Below are positions 25,595 to 37,747 of a stretch of 64,000 nucleotides of DNA, in pieces (positions within the stretch are counted from its first letter, which is position 1; every line of letters starts with the position of its first letter). Below the pieces are notes generated by a model. It did not search any database. It saw only the letters and a program-made list of their open reading frames with translations, and had not been told where the DNA came from. Where the stretch lies: positions 248,001-312,000 of the forward strand of contig OZ237752.1 in the NCBI GenBank assembly GCA_965178125.1, written 5' to 3'. Made by a program: the position numbers and the translations under genes. Origin of the DNA: Bilabrum cf. latius (lineage: Eukaryota).

Positions 25595-28500
25595 ATGCAA
25601 GACTCTAGTGGTTCAAGGGGGGTGGCCGGGCGGTCGAGTGACCTGTCCGGTGCGCCACCGCCGGTGGCAGTCCCCAAGATTCCGATCGGCAAGCACGTCG
25701 AGCGGGTTCGAGGAGCGCCGCTCGGTGCCCGCTCAGTGATAAGTTCACCGGGCGTGGGCGGGTGGTCGCGAATCGACGGCGCAGACACCGGGGACGGTCA
25801 GTCCAGCCCAGGCGGAGCGTCCATCCAGTCCGGACAGTCGTCTCCTCGCGTGGCCACGGTGGGAGGAGGGACCGCGCACGACGACAGAAGCTGGACAGGT
25901 TACGATTCCGTCCGCGGGGGCAGCCCCAAAGCATCTCTGCGGGGCTCTTTTGGCCCCGGAAACGGCAACGCCTCCTCGCCAGAGATGAGCCCACCCAATC
26001 GTCGCGCCCGCGGGACGCCCGCCGTCGGTCATTCCCACGCGAACTCCGGGGAACAACTTGAAGGCATGGAGGACAGACTTTACGACAGCAGAGCGTCAGA
26101 CCTGGGTCCTCCCGGGTCCGATGTGGACGGGTCCGATACCGGCGGAGGCGTAGGCGAGCATGGCTCGGTGGGGGACGGGCAGGTGCTCGGGGGCGAGGGC
26201 GAGCACAGGGGCGGGGGGGTGCACGCCCTCATGCAGGGGGGGTATCCCCCCGATTTCCCCTCGGGGGCCGATGGGGTCGAGCGGGCGAGCCTGGCGGGGA
26301 GCACTGGAAGCCGGGGTCGTGGGAGCCAAGGCGCGGCGCTGCAATCCGGAGGCAGGTAGCACTCTGCTAGTCTCGGGGGTGGCGGCGGCATTGCGGTGCC
26401 GCACGGCAACGGAACCCAAACGGATGGGCGCCGGCTGTCCGGTTCTGCAGCGAGCTTCAGCCAGTCGCCGGCGCCGCGCAGTCCGGCCGGCGGTTCCGCA
26501 CGGCCGCACCTGCAGCCGTCGCCGCGGAGCATCGCGAGGAGCGGCGCAGGGGGCATGGGCGGCGGAACATCGTCCGCCTCCTACGGCGGTGGCGGCGCCG
26601 CGCTTGCGGAACATATGCTGCCCCCCACCTCGCACTCGTCACGGCTCGCACCTGTGGGCGAGTCCGAGTCAGGGGCGATGGGCGGCCACCGCGGCGGGAT
26701 CGGGATCGGCGGCGCCGGTTCCGCAGAGGGCCAGGGCCTCGGATCGGACTAGCCGTTCGGTCCCGAGGGCTACCGCTCCGAGGCGGGGCACTCCCATTCC
26801 CTGCCCGGGGGTGGTCGCAACCCCTTGCTGTCGGCCTACCCCCTGTCTGACCTGGGGGACGCTGACGCGGACAGGGAGGCTGACCCCGACGGGGGGGCTC
26901 TCTCGGTGGTTGCAACCAGCAGGGCGGGCAGCATGTTGGAGGAGGACCCACACGCATGGAGGAGGGAACGCGAGAGAGACGATCTGCTGGCCTACGTGGC
27001 CGAGGGTCACGAATCGGAGGGCGAGGGCGAGGCCGACACGGAGCACGGGGCGGGCAGCAGCGAGAGTGGTGTCGGGAGGGGGATCTCCCAGGGAACAAAC
27101 GGGACGATCGGGGCCTGGAACCTGCCGGGGGCCAGTGGGCAAAGCGAGAGTGGTGCGATCGGCAGCCGTGGCAGCCGGCTCCGGGGCGGAGGGGGGGGCA
27201 GGGGATACTATCTCAACCACAGGGCAGGGGCAGGGGCAGGGGCAGGGGCAGGGGCAGGGACCGGAGGCATAGGAGGAGCGGTGGGCATGCATTGGAGAGG
27301 GGACGCTGCGTCCGTCTCCGGGGGGCGGTCTTCACTCGTCACGCCGGGTATCTGGGGCCACAACCAGCCCGTATCGCACCAGCAACAGCACCAGCAACAG
27401 CACCAGCACCAAGCCCCCTCTGCAGTAGCAGGCATCGACACGCCCCGCACGCCAGCGCTCGAGGCATCGAGCAACGACACCCCACGGTCTGACGCGTACA
27501 CCCCCGTGGTGGAGGGCGAGGGAACAAGCCAGGGAACACCCCCACGGCACCAGCAGTCTCCACCCGGCGGGGTGCGCAGCCTAGGAGCTGGGCCCGACGC
27601 AACGGATCATTCGTCACACCAGCAACACCAGCACCAGCAACACCGATCCACCTCGCAGCCCCGCGGGCGCAGCGCCCACGCGTCACCATTGCACCGCCAG
27701 GCAGTGCACCGCGGCCGCATGGCTGGGGCACAGGCCGAGGCTGGCCAGGGCCAGCACCGCCCCAACAGGGCCTCTTCTCCCCTGGCCCGCCCCGTGGCCA
27801 TGCCTCAGGACCACACGGGGGCACACGATTCGCAACACCAGCACCAGCACCAGCACCAGCACCAGCACCAGCACCAGCACCAGCAGCAAGGTGGCTGGCG
27901 CGGGATGGCGCCGGGCCAGAGGACCGCGGGCCCAGCATCGGGTCCCATGGTGGCTCCACCTGCACCTGCACCAGCGCCTGCACCAGCACCTGCAGCATCA
28001 CCAGCACCATCGCCCGGTGGAGACACCTCGAGCGGCAGCTGGAGCCGGCACCGCGCCATGCAGGAGCGGCAGCAGCGCGGGCACGCGATGAGCCTCGATG
28101 CGCGCAGCCTGGAGCGGCTGGACTCGGGAGCCAGAGGGAAGGGCAAGGGGCAGCTGAGCGCAGGCACGGACGGGCCAATGGGTAGCGGGGGCGTCCCCGG
28201 GCAGCGGGCTAGGGCCAGCTCCAGCGCGAGCAGGAACGCGCACGCCGCTTATGTGGTCAGGAACAACCTCGCACTCAGGGGGCGTGGGCGGGGGCGCGGC
28301 GCCGGTTCCGTAGGGGCCGGAAGGGGGCGGGGGCATAGCGTGCCGGCCCGCAACGGTACGGGCTGGGCGGCCGTGGCTGCGGCTGCAGCGGCTGCGCCTT
28401 CGCCGGCACCCGCCCCCGCAGCCAAGGCCGCAGCCGCTCTGCGGCGCGGGCTGCTGCGAGGTGCACCCCCTGGGTTCGTCCACCCGCCCCCGCTCGGGGG

Positions 28501-31500
28501 TCAAGAGGGTCCGCTGGCCGAGGAGCATCCATCGGGTGCGTCCGTCGAGGGGTTCGACGATCTCCCCGGGGAGGGGCTAGGGCGCAGCGGAAGGGCGGAC
28601 GGCGGGGAACAGCAGGCGCAGCAGCAGGGCAGGGCCCGCGCCCGCGCAGCAGCAGGCGTGGTGGGAGCGGACGGAATGGGTGCAGACAGCGCCGATCCCG
28701 GGCTGCATGCAGAGGCGGGTGCCGGGAGCGTGTACAGCCTAGACGGGGCGTTCAGTCTGCGGAGCGCTGCCCCTGGGGGCTACACGGGCACTCCAGTGAG
28801 GGAGGGGGCCGAGTCTGCGGTGGCTAGCGAGTACGGTGGGGCTGCGTCCGCGCCTGTGGGGCAGGGGGTGGGTGCGTCTGCTGCCGGCGATGGGACCACT
28901 GGATCGCCCCCCCAGCAGCAATCGCAGCAGCAGCAGCAATCGCAGCAGCAGCAGCAATCGCAGCAGCAGCAGCAATCGCAGCAGCAGGAGCAGCGGTCAG
29001 GACAGGGCAATGGCAACTCGACAACGGCCGGTCCTGCGGGGCACGCAGCTCCAGCACCGCCCGGCCAGATGTATGGCATTGCGGGTCCACCCCCGGGTGC
29101 CTGGCCTCCGATGTCACCCGCGGCCATGGTTGGCCAGCAGGTGGCAGAGGCGCAGCGGCAGGTGGAGGCACTGGCAGCGCAGAGGGACAGCTTGAGGGCC
29201 AGGCTGGCCGAGCTCGAGTCGGTCTCGGTTGGTGGGGAGGGCAGTGGCGGGGGTGGGCTTGGTGTTGGTGGGGAGCAGCAGCAGCAGCAGCAACAGCAAC
29301 AGCAGCAGGAGCAGCAGCAAAGGGAGATGCACGAGCTGGCCCAGAGGCTGGGTGGGGTGGAGCCGCAGCTTGCGTTCCTCCGACAGCACCTGTCTCTGCT
29401 GCTGCAGCAGCAGGCACAGGCACAGGCACAGGGACTTGCGATGGGCATGGGTATGGGTATGGGTATGCCAATGGGCATGCCAATGGGAATGGGTATGGGC
29501 ATGGCGGGGCCCTGGGGCCCCCAGCCAGGCCAAATGGGTGCGCCAGCCCCTGGCGCGTACCCGGGAGCTGGAGTGCCGCCCACCTCTGCCGGGATGATGC
29601 CTCCCACCACCGTGCCCATGCACGCCTCGCAGCCCATGCCCGGCATGACTCCGGCGGCTGGGTATCAGTACCGGGGGGCTCCACCCATGCACATGCAGGG
29701 AATGCAGCCGCCCACGAGCGCGGGGATGGGGCCGGGCGCGCCCGTGCCCGGCATGGGCTTCGGGGTGGGCATGGGGATGCAGCCGCCGATGGGCGTGGGA
29801 GCTGGGATGGGGACCGGCATGGGAATGGGAATGGGAATGGGGATGGGAATGGGCATGGGCATGGCAAAGGGAGGGCCTCCAGCACCCGGTCTCATGGGTG
29901 CCATGGGTGTGTTCCCAGTCTCAAGAGGAAACCCAGGCCCGCCTGCTCTTGGGGGGCAGCAGCAGCAACACGGCCGATCAGCTGGCCCTGTCACGGGGGG
30001 TGGACCGGGCGGCTCCTACGGTGGGGGGCACGGCCGCCGGGGCGGGGGCCACGGACACCGGGGCGGTGGCCACGGTGCATCCGCCTGGAACCCATCGCAG
30101 GCACCCTTTGAGCCATCGCCGCTGACGCAGGCCCTGGGCATCCACGCCCCGCCGCCTTCTGGCCTCGCTGCCGACGCATTTGACGCTGCCGGTAGGCCGC
30201 TCGCAGGTCTTGCCTCGGCTGCTGGTGGCATGGCCTACCTGATGTGCGACCCGAACGGAGCAGCCCGTGTGTGCCGGGATCTCGCCCTGGCCCTGCGAGC
30301 CGCAGCTGCATCCTCGCCTGCACCGGCAGCCGTCGCCCAGATCACGGAGGTGCTGGGCCTGGCGAGCACCGGCGTGGCCGCGGCGGCGCAGCACAGCTTC
30401 GGGCACGCCGGTGTTGAGGCTTTGCTGAGCATGTGCGGGGAGGCCATCCGCAGCCTGGGCGGCAAGCGGGCGCCGGCTGCCGGGACTCGCGGCAGTTCGG
30501 GCGAGGGGGAAGGCGGGGGGGCTCTGCAGGCCACCCGGCGAGGCCTGGAGCTGCTGGTGCGCGGGCTACTGCCGATCGCCGGCGGGCTCGCGCTGCACCA
30601 GGGCGGGTGCAGGGTACTGCAAGCCGTCGCGGGGGCCGATCCGGCCGCCTGCGCGGCCGTTCTGGGCGCGCTGGCAGGCGGGCTGGCCGGCCTGGTGGAC
30701 GATAGGAACGGGAACCACGTGGTGCAGCGCCTGGTGGAGAAGGGCGGGGAACAGGCGGCTCGTGCGCTGCTGGACGAGTGGGTCAAGGCTAGAGGTGGCC
30801 AAACTGGCGACGGCGGCCAGTCTGCCTCCGGCGAGCTGGATGCCCTGGCTCAGCTCGCGAGCCATTCGTTCGGGTGCCGCGTGGCGCAGCGTGTGATGGA
30901 GCACGGCGGGGAGGCGTGCCGCGTCAGGGTGGCGAAAGCCGTGTGCGGCAGACTCGAGGACCTTGCGCTTGATGAGTACGGGACCTACGTGGTGCAGCAC
31001 ATCGTGCAATTCGGCTCCGAGTCGGAGCGGGCGGCGGTGGTGGGGTACCTCAGGGGCAAGGTGGCTCGGCTTGCGTGCACCAAGTACGGCTCCGCGGTGC
31101 TTGAGCGGTGCCTGGAGCACGCCTCGAGCGAGGGCAGGGAGCCGCTGGTGGCCGAAGTGGCCGCCCTGGGGAGCCGGCTGGACCACCTGGCGATGGATCG
31201 CTTCGGCAATTTTGTTCTCCAGCGGGTCATCCGGTGTTCCTCGGAGGAGCAGAGGGAGGCCATCCGCTCCAGGCTGCTGGGGCCCGAGGCGGGTGACAGG
31301 CTGGCTGCCTCCAGCTATGCGAGGCACGTGCTGGCGGCGCTGCGTGGTGGCGGCGCTGGTGGGGAGCATGTGGGAGGTGTGATGAGTGGTGGCGGTGCGT
31401 GGTCGCAGCCACACCACGGCGGGCGCGGCCGCAGGGGCGGCTGGGGCGGAGGGCGGGGAGGAGGCGGTCCGTCTGGAGGCAGGGGTCGGGGCCGAGGAAG

Positions 31501-31534
31501 CGGCCGTGGAGGAAGGAGAGGCTGGGGTCGGTGA
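25595..31534 (+). CDS. Pumilio/PUF RNA-binding protein, 1979 aa with long low-complexity N-terminus (TAG=Gln)
   Basis: ORFs 25595, 26396 and 26825 are one frame joined by TAG at 26357 and 26750. C-terminal Pum repeats GCRVLQ, GNHVVQ, GCRVAQ, GTYVVQ, GSAVLE and GNFVLQ, then an RGG-rich tail. TGA at 31532-31534. Confidence 0.92.
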
Positions 31535-32242
31535 CCTGATTAACCATGAGATTGAAGTATTTGATGTCACGAGGGATCGATGTGATCTTCTGCGGGGTGA
31601 TTGATGCACAGCTGATGCTGCACAGATAGAATTGAGTTTTATTTTAAAATAAAATTGTTTTTATGGTCGTGCTCTACCTCTCAACGAGTCGAGCATATAT
31701 TCAAAGCAAATTTTCATAGACTGTACAATTTGTTGCGAAGCTAGCTGTGCAGTTCCTGTGTCGTTGTTCAATGTTCTCGTCTATCCATCGGATCGGATTG
31801 AGCCAAGAAGTAGCGAACAGATAACGTATTTAATCGAACACATCACGCCGTCGCAAAGAAGTTGTACACGTCACCCCACCTTCGACCTCAATATTTCTGG
31901 TCGGATTGCACCGGTCAGCCTCAGATCCCTTTTAACAATGTAAGGAATATGAATCCGTAGCCTGCTTTTCCTGCTGCAATCGTGCATCCATGACGGGCAC
32001 TTCCCTTTCTAGCAACGTCTGCACGGTGCTCCCCTTTCATTGATAGAGGACGTCTCCAGCTCATCCATTGCCGATAATGGAAGCGTATGTGGCTTAATGC
32101 AGAACAATTTATAGAACTACAACTTATTACGGGATAATTGTCCTTTTAATCGTCCTTGCAGAAGCAGATTTCAGCCGCATCAGGTGCGTTGTCAGCGCCA
32201 CCTGTCGGCACACGCGCAGCTCCCTGTCCCGATTACTCCATT

Positions 32243-35200
32243 ATGAGCGGGTCAAGTGGCGAAAGAATACGCACAACCAAACAGAAGTATATGGAACATA
32301 ATACTAGTTGCAGTTTCGGAGGTATATCTGCGTCTGGGCTGGAGTTGCCAACACAACCACAGCAAGCAGGGCTCTCGGTTTCGAATGGCTTGTCGGCAAG
32401 CTCCTCCCGAGCTGGATCAGCTTCATCTAGTAACTCTACACTTTCTGTAAATGTAACAGCTACTCCTGCTACGGGGTTGAGCCATACAATCGATTGTAGA
32501 CTTGGAACAAGCAGCCGGAGCGAGTCGACCACAACCGTTGACCATGCTGCCAATTACCGAGGTCTGAAGCAACTTTTGGGTGAAAACCGCGGCAGAGAAG
32601 TAGGAAGCATACGTACTGGTCTATCAGTAGGATCGCATACGTCGCTTGCGCTCCCAGGTGCAGGGGTAAAGCACCTGGGCGGTCCATACATGAAAGCATC
32701 AGCACCAGCCCTGGGAAGAAGCGGGCCAGCCTCACAGACGGTGGTAACGCAACGAAAGCCCGATTCTCCCTCAAGATAGAACAGTACCACCAGTCAGCCT
32801 GTTCTTCCGACAGTTCCTGGCCTACCATCTGCTTCGTCGGCGTCAGATGCCCGAGCACGAGGAGAGCCGAGCGGCAAAGGAAGCGCACAAATGCCCATGG
32901 AGGTCGCATTGCACGACAGAGTATCATCTCATGGTCTTGCAATGGGCACGAGTGCGACGGCGAGCAGCAGCAGCAATCGCATCACCGCCGGGGACCCGCC
33001 CCCCGCCAAGTAGCTCTCGGAAGCCTATGCCCAGATACGAATGCTGCAGGACCACGTGGTTTCGCTTGCTTCTCAGCTGCAAAAAGCGTGCGATATGGTA
33101 GCCTACGCCGGGAGGAGAAGCAGCAGCGGCAACACAGCCACCTAGGGCAAGAGCTCCAGCGAAGAGATGGCCGGGCCTCTCCCCGCCGCTAAGCCGAAAG
33201 CCCATGCCCATGCTAGCTCCGGCAACAGGAACCATGGACACTCGTCACACCGCAGTCCGCCTCGACCGGACTCCAATAAAGCTTCACCATCGGGCTCCAG
33301 CTCCCGCGGCAGTGATCTTGGTAAGCACCCAAGGGTCAACCTCCCATCGGCAGGGGCGGCCAGCGGGGGCTCCTTCACGCACCGGCCGAGCAGTGGAGGT
33401 GCCACCAACAGCAGCATGCATGGAGGCTCCACAGAGACGGGAAAAGACTCTAGGGAGGGTTCCTCGTCGCTCAGCGGGGGCTCTTAGGGCGGCAAGCAGC
33501 GGGGCCCGAGGTCCGGCTCCGGTGCAGGGTCAGGTGCAGGGTCGGCGAGGGCTTCAACCACCCAGGACACACCCAGTGAGGGTGGTCATAGCCGGTCGGA
33601 TGGATCGGATCCGCCGGGGTACGCCAAGAGACACGCAGCAAAAGAGAGGAAAGAGTCCGCCTTGGGCAGCGGAAGCGGCCCAGTGGCAGTGGCAGAGGCC
33701 GGTGCATCGTCCTCGTCAGCCGGGAGGGCAGGCAGCTTAGACAGCGACAAGTCAACCGAGGCTAGAAAAGGCTCGGGCGATGACACGGGAAAAGGAGGGA
33801 GTGCCACTGCCGACAATGATGGGAGCCATGGGCTAGCGGCCGAAGCCAAGACTGATGCACCGGCCCAGGGCAGGTCCAAGGGCACTGTGGTGCAGTCGGG
33901 CGGCCACCAGCACTCGCACCATCACCATCACCACCACCATCTCCACCACCACCCGAGGAGCAGCAAGAGCTCAGACTCAGACTCAGTCAGGCTCGTGAGG
34001 ACCCGGTTCCTCGCAGACGCGCGCACAGCACTCGAGAGGGTGCAGCTGCTGCTGCCAGGGAGCGTGCAGGCCGGGCCAGACAGCAGCACTCTAGTCGCAG
34101 GCAACGAAAACGTAGGAGGGTGGACCAGAGCCGAGCACTTGCGAAGGCAATAGCGGCAGAAAGAGGGCAGGGCACGGCACCGAGCGAGACTTGACGGCTC
34201 CACTGGGTCTGAGACTGACGACGAGCGTGCCTCCAATGCCTCCAACGATACCACTTCAGAAGATGCTGAAGAGGCTGGAAAGTCCCGACATGGCGGGCAA
34301 GTGCCGATGACTGACGGGTCTGCGACATCTTCTTTCTTGCAGACATCAAAGTCGGGCGGAACCCATGCCATGGACTCAGCTCTGCTTGAGAGGGCGCTGC
34401 AGACCGGCAAGCGAAGCAGGGCGGACGGATACCACAGCAGCACCTCCGTGCAGCCGAACAGCTCCTCGTCCTCCGAAGATAGCAAGACGGGAGGCTCGGG
34501 TGGAAGCGGTGAATCCCGTGAGGACAAGTCTGCCGGAAAGAGAGCAGCCGTTCTACCGGCCAAGCGCAAGCGCTCAGACAGGCAGCGCGCTGACGGTGAA
34601 CAATCAGGCAGCCAAACGGCGGCTATTCAGCCTACCGACGAGCCGCAGCTTACGAGCACCAGAGCCGTGGGTGCGAGCGTATAGCCCCGCACCAAGCGGG
34701 CTCGAGTGGACGCCGATTCCCTCAGGCAGCACAACGAGGCCCAGGCGCAGCTGGAACGGCAGACGGCTGCCTAGCGGGGAGGCCAGGTCTAGAGCTTCGG
34801 GGCGGCACCGCGCGACGCCCACATGCCGCCGCACATGTTCCAGCAGCAGCCTTTGGCAACACTGCAGCCGCCGCCGCAGCAGCAGTACAGCAGGCCCTCG
34901 GGGACAGGCCAGCCGGGACTGCTCTCCACTCTAGCTCCCTCTTCCCAGGCCCAGCTGCCGATGGACGCCCAATCCGGGACCGCGGCGGCATTGGGTACAC
35001 ACGATGGATCCATGCGCTCCAGCGCAAGCGCACCGATGGCGGTGCCTGTGCCTTCACTCTAGGGCTTGCAACCAGCCACGAATGCGAGCGCCGGCGGGGC
35101 GGCACAAGATTCGTCCGCTGCATCCCTTGACGCCCGCACAGCCGCGCTGTCCGAGATCGAGATAGACCTGCTGCAAAGCCTGACGGCAATGAGGAACGGA

Positions 35201-37294
35201 GTCACCGATGATGACGAGAGCACAGCCTCCGCCGCGGGCTCGGCCACCAGCGGGATCAGGTCGACCAGCCTGCAGTCCAGGGGCCAATCGAAGGGCGGCA
35301 GGGCGCGCGGGAGGGGCGGGTCTTCGAAGAGGCAAAATTCGAGGCGAGCAAGCAATGCAGCTGCGCAGCGCTCAGCTGTAGCCTCCAAGGCCAGTGCCCA
35401 GCACGACGAGGACGGTGCCACCGCAGGAGGAGTAAACGAGAGCATGGGGCTCGACCGCCCCATCGTGAATGGCACCAACCTGCGGCCCGAGGAAATCACC
35501 CCAGAGATCCAAGAGAAACTCAACAGGATCGGCCCGCCACCCCCATCCGTCCTATCTCGAGCAAGCGAGGAGGCAGTCAGGACGCGGGGAAAGCTGGACT
35601 ATACCGAGAGGGCCCTCGTAAGCGATTTCGTGAGGCGAGTCGAGGCGCGCGTGATCCGCGTGGCCAGAGGCGAGCTTGCAAGGGAGCTGAGGGCGTACGT
35701 GAACCCCTCTCGCTCCAAGATGTTCTTCGAGAAGCTCATCTCCAGGAGGAAGCTCAACCAGAGGCTGGGGGGGCTTCTCATGGGCCGCAAGCTCAAGGTA
35801 GGCTCCCTCGGGCGAGAGATCCTGGACAGGATCGGGGCACAGAGCGAGGGCAAGCAGCAGAAGGGCCGCGCTCGCAGCAAGGTGACTTCCGTGTCGAGTG
35901 CGGGCGATGTACACACGGTGAGCTAGCTGCATCTGCAGCAGCAAAACCAGCAGATCCAGCTCCCGGGAGTGGGGCAAGGGGGCCCTACTGGGTGGGGGCA
36001 GTTGCAATCAGGCGCAAGCGGACTGCTCCCTTCCTCTAGCACTGGCAGTGCATCATCCTCCGCTGGTCTGCGCCCCGGCGAAACTTCCACGGAGCAGGAC
36101 CACCGTGAGGCCATTGACGCGGCCAGTGAGGTGCTAATGGAGTACATCCGAGCCAACGAGCCGGTGGAGCCGACCTTGGTGGCGGCGGCCGTTGGTAGCA
36201 GGCTAGCGGCGAAGGGCTTGCCTGCCGATGTAGCGGCGCGCGCAGCGCAGGGCGTGGCAAGAGCGGTGGTGCAGCGGCTCGGGATGAAGGGCGCTGCTGT
36301 GCCGATGGGCATGGGTCTCGGTGCCGGTGCCGGTGCCTGGAGTGTGCCTGCTCCGCCGGTACCAGTGGGAGGGCATATGCTCTCGTGGCATAGTACAGGA
36401 CCGTACGGCCAAGGGCCGCATGCTCCTGTGCCTGTGGGGGCTCCTCCGATCCTGCACGGTGGTGGATAGGCAGCTGGTCGCGCGGGTATGCTGCACGGTG
36501 GTGGTTCATTTGCCCCACAGCAGGCGCCTATCGCGCAGTTGCCTGAGTACACAGCCCTCTACAGCTAGTAGCAGCAGCAGGAGCCGTCATGGGCGCCAGG
36601 CCAAGCACGACCGAGGCTATCCAGCTCCGTCAGCGCTAAGAACCCCTCATTGCACCAGCTGCGGGGCAGCGTCTCTGAGACCGTCTCTGTGTCATCGCAG
36701 GCGATGCGGGGCGTGGGGGTCAGTACGTCTCTCGTTGCTTCCGGTGCCATCCCGATACCATCGCAAGGCAAGCATGTTCCATTGCTCGCCTCTGCACCTA
36801 TGGGCACTGCACCCCGTGGGATTCGAGGGCCAGTAGCACCAGCGCATGGAAGCAGCAGTAGCAGCAGCAACACCAGCGGAAGTGCTGTCCCCATAGCACC
36901 GTACGGCGCGCTCCTCGGTGGAAGGCACCTAGGACAGGGCAGCGTCCGCAAGACTGCGAGTCATGCTGTCAGCATGGGCGCACTGGCACTTCCGGTGCAA
37001 CCGAGCATGGGCGCCGCGGCAGCAGCCAGTGCGCTGGCCACTGTGCCAGTTGGCGCCGCAGATGCGGACTCGATGACTACGAAGAGCGCGTCGGCGTCAG
37101 TGTGGTCCTCGGCGTCGCAGTCGATGCTCATGCAGGGTGGCAGCGCGGGGTAGCCAAGACAGGGGTAGGCTGCGGTGCCCCTTGCTTCCGTTCTAGGTAC
37201 CGTTGGGCAGGTTCCAGGTGCTGGGAGGAAGGGTCCAGCAGCATTTGTTGAAGCTCCTGTGCTAGCGGCCCAGCAGCCGTCCGCCCATAATTGA
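32243..37294 (+). CDS. Hypothetical Ser/Gly/Ala-rich protein, 1683 aa, apparently single exon with about 15 in-frame TAG
   Basis: Eight ORF-track pieces lie in one frame, separated only by TAG. No TAA or TGA seen until TGA at 37292. Contains a poly-His tract and a possible folded helical region at ~35480-35850. Confidence 0.8.
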
Positions 37295-37747
37295 ATGGTC
37301 GGGTGAATCATGCCAAGAATAAAGAAGACATCGAAATAATGCTCTATACTTTTTCTCGGCCCCTATCTTGCCTTTCTTTCATTGGTCCTCATTGCTATTT
37401 CTTCGAGGTATTTAGATCTACCTATTCTTGGCCTGGCTTCTAAGTGCAACTGCAGCTCGTGTGGCCTTTCTGTGAGCCTCCCCGCAGCATGACCCAGTGC
37501 TGCATGTATTGCTAGAGTTTGCAAAACCTCAGGAAGTATGAGAGTCATGCCCTGTGGATGCAACTCGGTAAGACCTGTGCGACAAATAGTGTTGAGATGG
37601 ACTGCAAAAATATCAATTTTCAGAATGATACGGACAATTCAGCCGATTGCAATCAGTTGAACACATGATCACTGCCAGCGCGGTGGCAGTCGATTGGCAG
37701 AGCTTGCTCGACGGAGCACTCTGCTAGTTGGAGCGGCTTCGGCTTCG

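Noticed and set aside
27222-29862. GGGGCA, CACCAG, CAG and ATGGGN simple repeats
   Set aside because: They are ordinary coding low-complexity tracts (GA, HQ, poly-Q, GM) within the PUF N-terminus.
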